From Camelus ferus (taxonomy: Eukaryota): 64,000 bases of DNA. A program made the translations under genes and the position numbers. Positions 48,436 to 59,299 of this stretch are shown piece by piece. The notes below the pieces were generated by a model, which was not told the origin of the DNA, did no database searches, and was given only the letters and a program-made list of their open reading frames with translations. The stretch's first letter is position 1, and each line of letters starts with the position of its first letter. The stretch covers positions 1,612,001 through 1,676,000 of the forward strand of contig NC_045702.1 of the NCBI RefSeq assembly GCF_009834535.1. The letters are read 5' to 3'.

Positions 48436-51194
48436 TTATTATACTGTCTGTCTCGTAAACTGAGCTTGGAGATTTTAAAAAAGCCATTCTTACGGGTGCC
48501 AAACTCTTGGATGTTTGTCATTTTAAGAAAAAAATTGAAAATTAAAAGCAACAGTTAGTTTGTTTTTATATTGCTTACTTCATACACATCCACTGTAGAA
48601 AATTGGGAAAATATAACAAAGCACGAAGTATACAAGAGAAAGAGTTGCTCATAACCATAGTCCTAGATAGCACAGGAGCTGGCTGTGCGGGACTCGCGGC
48701 TCCACTGTCACAAAAAACGCCTTCCTGCTTTTGCTTGGCTGGAGGGTGGTCCCACGCCCTGTCACAGCTCTGCCCTGGCACATCTCCTGCCTGCCTGCAG
48801 CCCGGGTGAGGGGGCTCGCTGCCAGGCCCAGGGGGGCTTCTTCCAGCCCTGAACCCAACCTGTGTGGGCCTTGGTTTGCTCTTCCCAGAAAGCCGTGTGA
48901 GCTTTCCACTCTTGTCGCCCAGAGCTGAGCGGAACGTGTCCCAGTACTTGCATCTGCCAGACCTGTGGGTGCTGGTTGTAGACACGAGACTCCTGGGTCA
49001 GAGACTGAGGGCTCCATCACTCGGCGTGCAAGCGCAGGAGCCTCCGGTTCCTGTCAGCTCCCCAGGACCCCAGCCCCTTGGGGTCGGTGCGGCCCAGGTG
49101 GAAGCTGGCCCAGGGTGGGCTGGTGTCGCAGCTGAGAGAGCCCGCTGTTCAGGGAGCCCACTTCAGCGTAATGGGCTGCAAGCAAGCCGTGGGGGACCTT
49201 GGCTTCCATATCGTGCGGTCTGCAGACCTGCTTCTGCTTCTGAGACACCGTCCCTGTCTTCCAAGGCTGTTTGCTGCATAGATCTCCTTGAAAAGACAGT
49301 CCGGAAAAGGGCTGCCCCTGCCTCCACTGGTGAGGCCACCCGGGGTGGGGGGGGCACTGCCTTCCGACGCGGAGTAGCCGTCTAGAGGAAAAGAAATGTA
49401 ACTGCCGGGAAACATTGCTTACCAGGATATCAGCGGAAGTGTGTGACTCCTATTGGTGAGCTTGTCCCCAAATTTATTATCATTGTAACACTTATTGTTA
49501 CATTATTATCGTTGCTTCATGTAATAGTTACGACACGTGGTAGCAAAACGCAGGTGTTTGGGACATCAGGTCTCAGGTGGGTCCCAGCAGCGCGCCTGTT
49601 CGTATAATACACGGCACACTGTTGCGCTCGCACAACATCGCCCTTCAGATTTTGGCGGTGTCTCAGAGCTCGAGGGTTCCGATGGGCTGCTTGTGGGCAG
49701 GCGGGACTCAGAGGCAGGAAAAGACAAAGCTGAGAGGGTGTCATACACTTGAGAGCCCGCTCTTTCTGTTTTACTTACAAGCTTTTCAGGTAATGTTTAA
49801 TGTAACTAAAAGGTTCTTGCTCAGAAAGGAAAAGAAGAAGAGTCAGTGTTAAGAGGTGGTGGTGTTTGGTGGAGCCTCCCAGGCAGTGTGAAAGTTGGGA
49901 AGTGCGGGTTCGGAGAGTTGCTCAGGGAGGTGGCGCTGTGTTTTCAGCCGTGTGCCTCGTGGCTGCTCCGTCTCACATGAGTAATGGCTCCTGGGAGATG
50001 CCACGTGTTAGGTGAGTACCGGCTGTTGTCTCTGGCTTGCCGGCATCCCTGGCTGTGAGCACGTATGGGGCACTGACTCTCACTTTTGAGGACACATGTT
50101 AACCTGCCAAGGGCTGCCCAGTGGTCAGAAATGGCCACTTCAACCCTGAGTCACCATTTAGGGCTGGGTCCGCTTGGCTGTGGTTTTAGGACAGTGCCTT
50201 TCCTATTGAATTTGAGGAACTGGGGTGCTGTGATTTAGTGCAACCCATTTCTTTCGTTCAGAAATTAGAATATAATATTAAGGGCAAAATTGAAATAAGT
50301 GTATGTTTTAGATTTTTATTTATAACTCATGTCTTTAAACTTTTTAATTTGGAAAGAAAGATCACTTGATTTATTGGGAAATGTGGATATACTTACAATT
50401 TTGTTTGTTGTGTTAGATGTTGTAAATTCGTGCATTACAGTAGAAATTATCAACATGAATCTTTACATTTAGGTACAGATTCAATCTTTTGGTGACTTTT
50501 CAGGAATATGAGAAAGTTTCGTTTTTGTTTTTATTTTTGCCTTGTTCGGTAGGTTTCAAGTTGAAGTCTGGTCTCTAGTTTTGTCCTGAGGGCAGAATTT
50601 GTTTTATATTTAAAACAGAATTGTACATAATCTTTCCTCATTGTAGTCGAGCCTCACGGATTTAATGAAAATTCTATCTAAAGTGGAGAAGGGGCTGATA
50701 CTTGGTTGATCTGCGCGGTTTCCAGCGCTGGGTTACCTGGAGAAGTTCTCGGACCGCGCACTAAGGGGCCCCGGCGGCTGCGGGGCACCGCTCCGCAGGG
50801 GCTCTGTGCCCTCCCCAGGTCGGGGCGGTCCCGCCGCCCTTTGGCAGTGTGCCTTGCTTAGCCTTCTAGTCCCTTGATTAGAGTCACAGGTGAAAATTTG
50901 TTAATCTGCAGTCTTGGTGGAAAGTGTTAGGAAAGTAATTAATTGTTTAAAATAGTTCTGCAAGATGTTTTTATGAATTTTTGGTACTTTCTTCAAAGCT
51001 TGATGGTATTTTACATAATTTTGAAAACAAAAGTCAGTCTAAACATTACAAACTGTAAACATTTAGTGTTTTTTGTCCTGCTAATAAATATAAATTTCCT
51101 CCCCTTCTAAAGGATTTTTATGCTTTCATATAGACAGAGACCTAATTGCTCATGAGATGAAATAAAACATTAAAATTATGTCTTTATTTTTCAG

Positions 51195-51321
51195 GGAATC
51201 CGAGCCCGAATTTTAGAAACCCTGGTCATGCTTATTCTTCTTGCCTTGCTTATTCTTGGGATGGTGTGGGTGGCCTCTGCCCTCGTTGACAATGACGCTG
51301 CCAGTATGGAGTCTTTATATG
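51195..51321 (+). CDS. LMBR1: LMBR1 coding exon 6 (127 bp), GIRARILETLVMLILLALLILGMVWVASALVDNDAASMESLY
   Basis: tttttcag|GGAATCCGA...TTATATG|gtacca. Hydrophobic transmembrane segment matching LMBR1. Confidence 0.97.
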
Positions 51322-51782
51322 GTACCATCACCCTGTTTAAATCAGTTTCTCTAGTGGTGACTCTGGTATGGGGTATAATTACACATGCACTTTTTAGAAC
51401 ATTTTAATAATGTTTTGTATGGTTATCCTTGTTAATTTACAAAATTAAAAAGACTTTAGACATGTTTAAGAAAAGAGATGAATGTTTGTGTGTTTCGTGC
51501 ATGCAAAAAAAGCAAGCAACTTTTCAGACTTTTTTTTCCCTTCGGTTAATTGGTTTCTGTTCTTAAAATTCCATGGAGGCTGATTTTCTCCCTCCAAACA
51601 GGTTTTGTAAAAGGGTTATTTCCTGTTCTTCTAGTTTAGATCTTTTTATTGTACAATTTAGAAATTATATGGTTTAGTAGACTCAGGCAATTATGATGTT
51701 TACTATACATTAATGTATAGTCAGTCTCTATCTTAATGTACAGTATTTTGGATGTACTAAAATATATTTACATTTTTAATAG

Positions 51783-51851
51783 ATCTCTGGGAGTTCTACC
51801 TACCTTATTTGTACTCCTGTATATCATTGATGGGGTGTTTGTTACTTCTCT
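51783..51851 (+). CDS. LMBR1: LMBR1 coding exon 7 (69 bp), (D)LWEFYLPYLYSCISLMGCLLLL
   Basis: tttaatag|ATCTCTGG...CTTCTCT|gtgagt. Frame is continuous with exons 6 and 8. Confidence 0.97.
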
Positions 51852-52077
51852 GTGAGTATATTTCTGGCATAGTATTGATGGCAAAGTAGAGTTGTTCTGT
51901 GTTCTAGAAAATTATGGGGAAGCTTTCTGATGAGATTCCTTAATAGCTTGGAGATTTGTTTAAAAGCTGTCCCCTAACTTTTTTTTTATGTTCAAGGTAA
52001 ATTTTGGTAAATTGAAACCTTGAAATAATAAGATAGTTTAGTTTATCTCTAAGGAAAGCCTCTTCCACAGAGTTGGA

Positions 52078-52305
52078 AAGAGAGAGGGGGAGGCGGGATA
52101 GAGAGAGATATGGTCGGGGGAGAGATGGAGAGATGATGAGGGGAAAGATGGTGGGGGGAGAGATGTGGGGAGAGATGGTGGGGGGAGAGATGGAGAGAGA
52201 GATGGTGAGAGGGAGAGATGGAGAGAGAGATCGTGAGAGGGAGAGATGGTGAAGGGGAGAGATGGTGGGGGGAGAGATGGAGAGAGAGAGGCGAGAGAGG
52301 CAGAT
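52078..52305 (+). repeat. Purine-rich degenerate tandem repeat (GAGAGATGG-based)
   Basis: Repeated GAGAGATGG / GAGAGATGGTGGGGG units in intron 7, almost entirely G and A. Confidence 0.9.
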
Positions 52306-52868
52306 ATGCATGCATGCATGCACACGTGCCCACTGTCACAATACTAGCTTCTGCTTTTGAACGGTAATGGTAGAATTCTGTATGTCTTTTTTTGTTTTCC
52401 AAAACTTTTTCAGTTTTACTTGAGGTATCAGAACATATCTCAGATGTTATAAGCAGATAAATGCGGGTTAAAAAGATTTGAAATTATAGTTGTCACTTTC
52501 AGATATTCTTGTCTGGTACTCAGTTCAATTAGTACTTGAAATTTAGTCTGTTCTCTATTTGGTTTTCTTTAATTTATTTTAAGTGAAAATACTTATTATT
52601 ATTCAGCTACTAAAGTCTTGCATGTCCCATGCCTCCTTTTAGTCTCCATGCATCTTTCCTTAAATACCAGAAAGCCCGTCCTCCACACACCAGCCCTCTG
52701 GCTCCTTTAATGGTGACGCTGAAGAGTCCTCTGCCAAAACAGGGAGAGACCCTAGATTTGAAACAAGCGTTTTCTTACGGCAGTAGCCTTTGAGTTTGCT
52801 TTGTTTTTCAGACTAGTGGTTTGTCTGACTCTGAAGTAAATGTCTCTGTTGGTGATCTCATTCTGCAG

Positions 52869-52933
52869 TGTGCACTCCAGTTGGCCTCTCCCGCATGTTC
52901 ACAGTAATGGGGCAGCTCTTGGTGAAGCCAGCA
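52869..52933 (+). CDS. LMBR1: LMBR1 coding exon 8 (65 bp), (L)CTPVGLSRMFTVMGQLLVKPA
   Basis: ttctgcag|TGTGCACT...AAGCCAGCA|gtaagt. Confidence 0.97.
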
Positions 52934-53479
52934 GTAAGTATGTCGTGGCACATCACTTTGTTTGTTACATAAACATTTTTACATGTGAACATCTGTTAGG
53001 TTCTCAACTGACATTCAGAAGCAGAAGAATTTTGTGTGTTTATGATCCAAATGGTTAGTTTTTATTTTCATCTTTTTCATCTTTGGAAACCAAATTTGTT
53101 TTTGCTCTTAAAATGCTAACTATAGGCATTCAAGTAAAAATTCTTCTAGCAAATTTTAAGACAAAATTTACAGAAATTTACAGTATTTTAGGCATCCATT
53201 ATTGTATATCAAATAGTAATAACTTTATTATGTTTCAAGGTTTACCATACATATTCTTTGATTTACAAAGCAGTTATTTTTCTGAAAATTCATCTGTATC
53301 TTACATCTTGATTAATTGAATTTTACCTTTCTCTTTAATCTCAGAAATATTGTATATTCATTTTAAAATAATTTTCACTTGGTAGTAGTTTTGATGATTT
53401 GTCCCTAAGTTACTTTGGCCTCTAGTTATTTGTCAAATATTTAGTAATATGAAAATAATTCTTACCTGTATCTGGGGAA

Positions 53480-55120
53480 TTTGTCACATTATGTTTATGG
53501 AACCTCATTGCCTAGAAACTCATGTCTAAACTGTTCACGTGTTATAAGGCCTCTCACAACCTGTCCCACACTGAATTTACCCCTCTCCCCCTCCCCATTG
53601 ACTCTGATTCCAGTCAGTCCCACTACTGACTTGCTGTGCTCAGAGACAGCTGGCTGCACTCCTTACCCAGGCACATCCAGCGTCTGTCTCCCGCCAGTGC
53701 TTCTTACCTGCTTCAGCCACCTGACAGCCTCCTGAAGGCCCAGCTCTGCTATCAGCTGCGTTCACTACCTGTCTGTGAACCTTGCCTCATTTCTCCTTTA
53801 AGCTAAAATAATTAAGCTCCTTTCTCTGCATTTCTCATATTCCCCTTTGTTGGTCTGTCACTGGTGGTGCTTATTAAGTTGTTATGATTACATGTTGGTC
53901 TTCCCTATCAGGGTGATTCATCAAGGGGAAAAACTAAGAAATTTCGTAGTAGACATTCTTTTAGTAAATGCTAAATTTTGAAAGTTTTAAAAAATATTTT
54001 CTTTTTAAATTAAATGGATGTTTTATCTGCTGTATAAATATGAACACACTCAAATGTAATACACACATTGCTATTAAATCTTGAAATTTACTCCCCTCTT
54101 AAGGAGGTTTTGTGACACTGTATTCATTTAATTTCTTCTTAATCCTCTGGATTTTTTGTTTGTTTGTTTGTCTCTGTGTTTCCATTTTCTGCCCCCTAAA
54201 ATAGGCAGATGTTTACAGTTCTGTCCTTGGTCTAAAGTTGCTCTGCTCTGTCTTCCTGACCACCTCTGCCACTTGCACATCACTTCTAAATGTCTACTGC
54301 TAGAGAGAAGACAGTGAAAACAAACGACAGTGTACTTTAAGTGCCGCAATTCCCTGAGGAACTGAAAACTCAACATGCATGCAAAAGCCAAATGACTTCT
54401 TTCTCTCCCTCCCCAAGCTTTTCTCCCAAACTTATCTGTTATTAACAAGATCTTTAAGACTTGGTTATCTTTGCCTCTTTTCTTGTTGCTAACATCCAAT
54501 AATAATGGTTATTTATTCAGTAATTGAGTGTATGCTGTATGCTTGTGCTAAGTACTTTATTTACACGTATAATTTTATTGAATCCTGATGACAAACCCAT
54601 AAGTTAGGTGATGGTGTTCTTATTTATGGTTGAATTATCTGCGATTCAGGGAGCTCATGTAACTTGTCCAAGATCACAGACATGAGAGGATGAGGCCAGG
54701 TTTGAACCCAGAGGCTGTTTTCAGAGCCTGGGCTCTGGACCAGTGTGTCCTCCTCCAGAGATATTGAGCCACTTCACTGCTGAGTGTACTCTGTACCTTT
54801 CCACCTGTATGTTTTGCTTGTCATTTTCTTTGATTGAAATGCCTTTCCTCTTTTTGGTAAATAAAGCTGCAAGTAAGATGCCACTACCATCAAAAACATT
54901 TGCCTAAACGTTTTTCTTCCCAAATAGAAGTTGGGAATCTTTCTGCCTCTGCAACTTTTGTAACATTTTAACTTCAGCTTTGACATTGATTGCAATCCTA
55001 TAGTTATTATTCTTTTGGATTCGTTGTATCTCTCCTGGACACTAGAATATAAGCTGTTTGAGATCAAGGACTGTGTCTGGCCCATATTCAGGTCCATCAG
55101 CCGAGAGTGGCCAAGAGCAC
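53480..55120. mobile_element. L2 and MIR fragments in intron 8
   Basis: L2 3'-type TAGAATATAAGCTGTTTGAGATCAAGGACTGTGTC. MIR-type GTAACTTGTCCAAGATCACA...AGGTTTGAACCCAG at ~54500-54750. Confidence 0.6.
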
Positions 55121-56740
55121 AGGCCTGGCCAGCAGGTAACTTTCCTCTGCTGGACCTTTCTTGGCATTTACAAGGCTGGGTTGAGGGCAGTCTGTGCTTC
55201 ACAGGGTCTCTGCAGAGACAAGGGGTGATGCACGAAGCCCTGAGCAGGAGCGTCTGTGCGCTCCTCACTCACTCGCTCACTCACACCAACACGTCCCTGC
55301 GGTGGTGAGTCATTATTGGGCGGTTTGCACAGCAAGAGGAAATCCTTTTGTATGTGTTGGACCTTGAGGAACGTAAAAACTGGCAGTTGTGATCCAAACA
55401 CTAGAAAGTGGTGAGGACACTGATGGGGAAGGAGCTTCGGACCATGGCCCACAAAGGCGAGGTCCCCGCTTTCCTCCTGCGCAGAGTCTGTCTCGGGCGA
55501 CTCGGCCCCGCCCCCCGCCCCCAGCCGAGGCTCGCGATGGGCCCTGTTCTCTCCCACGCGGGGCGGCCCTCCCTGGGGCCCCGCTGGAGGCTTTCTTCCC
55601 AGCCCCCCACCCTGCTCACAGGACGGGCCTTGTATGTAATTATTTTTTTGTGTGTTTTTATTTATTCTTATTCTATTATTTTATTTTGTTTTCAGCTCTA
55701 GGTCATAGGAGATTATCAGTATTTGTTGAAATACTGGGAATTATTGGATCACTTTAAATAAATTTTATATAAATTCCAAAAATTTGATACCTAATAGGGG
55801 TTGCATGAGTGAGACTCCTTTTTCTGAAAATGCCTCATTACGGAGCTGGAAGGATAACATATACAGGGTTTCCATCCTTCTGTTTTGTCTATCAGTTCCT
55901 CACAGTGTGCTGTTTTGCGGAGGATGGGTAGTTCTGGGTTGAATGGTAACAGGACGTTAGTATCAGCTCTGGGCCCCTTCCACATTTCTTTCCAGGGCTG
56001 AAGGATACTTAGGGCTGTCTCACGAAGGACAGCTGTATTGATAAAGCTGGACTTAGACAGGTTTTAGGGTTCATCAGTTTTAAAGACAGTGCAGATCGCA
56101 TTCCATGTAATTGGTTATTGATCGGTGGCTTTTTGGTTGTTTTTTCAGGAGTGTTTGTGTTACAGCAGTGAATGGTGTGTTTGTCAGCAGACTCTTTCTC
56201 CAGGGTTCTTTCTATGGGATGATTTTGGTAATTCCAGTGTTAATATTTCTGGGAACTTTTTAGTATATAAAGATGATATAAATGGAAAGTATTGATGGTA
56301 GTGATTTAGTTTTTGGATTTCTTATTTTAAACATTCTACAGGTTAGTATGGATGAGAAACCAGTGTTGGACTGGGTGATCTGTCCCTTCCAGCTCTAAAA
56401 TATCGGCTTGGGCATAAAGAGAGATTACTGTATTTAGCTTTTCGGATGTTTAGAATTCATACATTGGTTTGCCGTTGAGAGAGTTGCAGAGTTCTTTCTT
56501 TAACCCTTTGATAGCCTGAAAAAAATCCAATTTGTATGTACGTAGATACTCAGCTTATGATGTATTTAGTTATATGCTAAGAAATTTCTACTTAATTTGC
56601 AAATAGATTAGTTTGAGCATTTTTATTTCAGATTCCTAGTAACTTGAATGGTTCTCTAAATTATTAGCCAAGTAGCTTTCAATATTCTCACTATCACTAT
56701 TTTTGTAATGTATTATTCAGCAGTTGATCTTTAAATTTAG

Positions 56741-56813
56741 ATTCTCGAAGACCTGGATGAACAAATTTATATGATTACCCTAGAGGAAGAAGCACTCCAG
56801 AGACGACTAAATG
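56741..56813 (+). CDS. LMBR1: LMBR1 coding exon 9 (73 bp), ILEDLDEQIYMITLEEEALQRRLN(G)
   Basis: aaatttag|ATTCTCGAAG...CTAAATG|gtgcgt. Exon 10 was not found before the window ends. Confidence 0.96.
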
Positions 56814-59299
56814 GTGCGTATATGTCTAAATGACCAGGATAAAAATTATTTAATTTAAAAAAGACAGATAATTGAGAGGAGAAATACAGGCTTCTCAGTA
56901 CCTTGTGCTGTTCCATGGGGTCAAGACGTAAGAGTGATATGTAACCTTCCTGGGGGAAGAAAGTTTTGCCGAGGACCAGTGGCTCTTTGGTAAAGTTCCC
57001 GTCTCTCCCTGACTGAAATTAGCTGTAATCTGGCAGCATCAGTTCAGTTCCGAGACACTGGCCACTAAGAAGTATCCTTCCGTTAGTTTATTTTAGGCAT
57101 TATTACTTGTAGTTACTGAGGTTTTGCAGATTTGCATGTTATCTTAGTGACTATATTCTCTCAACTTTATTTCTCCTGAGGTCTCAAATTTATGGTAGAA
57201 AGCAGTGTTTCTCTTACACCAAGGTGCCAAGTTAGACTCTGTTGTACTTAGGAACTCTGTTGTTACCTGAGGGTGCTGTTCATTTTCAGGTGATAACAGA
57301 GTAAGCATGTGAAAGATTTTAAAATTTAATTTTTAATTACTGATCATTTTTGGGTTCCAATGGTGAATCAATGAAGAAAAGAGTAATGACAGTTTAAATT
57401 TAAATTAAATTAAAAGAGAAATGACATAGTAAATTTTTAAACATTTTATATAAGTGATATTTACCCTGCACTCTTTTCTCCTACAAACTTTTTTTTTTTA
57501 ATGTTAAAAACCTACCGTCAAGGTATAAAATGGAAGGTTACTTTAACTCTGAAATATTGAGAAATAGGAAGAAATATACCTACTTTCTTCAGTTACAAAT
57601 AGTGAATTTAAATCATCAACCCAAAAGCGTTGATAACATTTAGAGCTTTGTTCTTAGATCAAAGAACTTCACATTGTATCTATTCTAGAGAATTCCTGTC
57701 AGTTAGTACTGTACACGTTGATGCTAGTAACTTTTAGACTGGAACTGCATGTATCTTTTATCTTTCTAGCTTTATGAAAGCTACTTTAACATCTAAATAT
57801 CTAAACCTATTTAATTTAGGAATTAAAAATTTAATCAATATTGTCAGCTTTATAATACTTCATTAAAGTAGCAAATATTACAACGAATGTGTCATATTTA
57901 AGTAATCATGCTGTTGTGTGATAAACATACCTGAATCATAGAGAATAGGTGTCCGGCTGCCTCCTGCAGAGGGGGTAATGCTTCAGCCTAGGTGTATACT
58001 CTTCCATCTTACAGCCAGGAGGCTGCCGTCTAGGAAGGGTAAAATATAGTGCCCTATGAATTAAAGACTTTCAATGAAGTCTCATCAAGACAGACCCCAA
58101 AATACAGCCTTTTCTCACTTTGCCCTTCCACAGTGGGACAAAAGTCCCTCCAGAATCTTTCTAGGTCCTCTGGCTCCTCAAATCAAAAGTGATTTGTTGT
58201 ATCTAAAAAAATTGAAGAGGAAATACTTGCCAGAAGTCTAAAGTATCATAAAATGAGGCCAAGCCAAACTAAACAAAACACCCCGACTAGCACAGAAATG
58301 TGGTTTGGAGAGGATTAAGGATGGCATGATAACTGGCGCTGAGTGTCATTTTATTTCCTGCCGTTCTGGTGAGCCGTGCTGCTCTGGTAGCACCATGGGC
58401 TGGTCCGCGTGCAAAATGATAGGCTTGTCACATAAAGGCTCCCACGGCCAACGGAACATTCTGACTAATGCAGACTAGGACTGTGAGCTTCAGCAGAGGA
58501 CATTTATCAGTGTGTGCAGAGGGGGTACAAGCTGGGACAAAGCAGTGCTGTGTGGCTTGCTGTTTTTTAAGGAAGTGTAAATCATGGGGGGTTAGTAATG
58601 GAAATCATCCCCTGGGTTTTATTTCATTGAGTATTTTGTCCACTATGTTTTGCTGTAACAGTTATTTTATATTTTACATTATTTTTTGAAATGCAGTTTG
58701 AATTTTTTTACTCTGGGCTATTAAAAAAATTGCAGACTGACTAGAATGAAAGATTTTTTTTTTTTAAATGCAGATGATAGCGGTGATTTACTCCGGAATG
58801 TGTGGTGGTGTTTTGCTGATGGTACATGATGGTACAGGGAGTGAGCTTTCTTGGTCCGTGTGGGCTGTGACGCCTGTCACGTGACTCTCTGGAGGCATCT
58901 GCATGGTCTGCTCTGAGCCCAGCTCTGCAGTTATCTGGAAATCATGGCACTGCATACGAAGAGGTGCTTTGCTGGAGGAGTAACACTGCTTTTTTCCTGG
59001 AAGATGAGACGGCTTGTGGTAGTTCCCTGTATTGCTGGAGTTGCGTTGTCACGCCTGGTGTTTGAGCTGTCAGTGTAGCTTTCGGTGGAGTCCTGCCTGT
59101 GACTTCTCCATTGTTCCTGGCTGATACTTAATGGTGCTGGAGGGTTTGTTCTCGTTAATATTACTGTTATTTCATGAAGTACAGTAACGAAATAAAGCGC
59201 GCCTGCATGCTGTTACAGTGTAAGGCAGTGTCCTCAAGAAGCCATTGTGTTACCAGTCTGCTCCACTCTTTCTTCTCCCTTTTCTGTTTGCTGCACATC

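Noticed and set aside
48575-49415. Cluster of ORFs on both strands
   Set aside because: GC-rich intronic sequence with no homology I recognise and no consistent exon boundaries.
56719-56740. Upstream CAGCAG alternative acceptors for exon 9
   Set aside because: Their use adds 17 or 20 nt and breaks the frame. The TTTAG acceptor gives the expected 73-bp exon.
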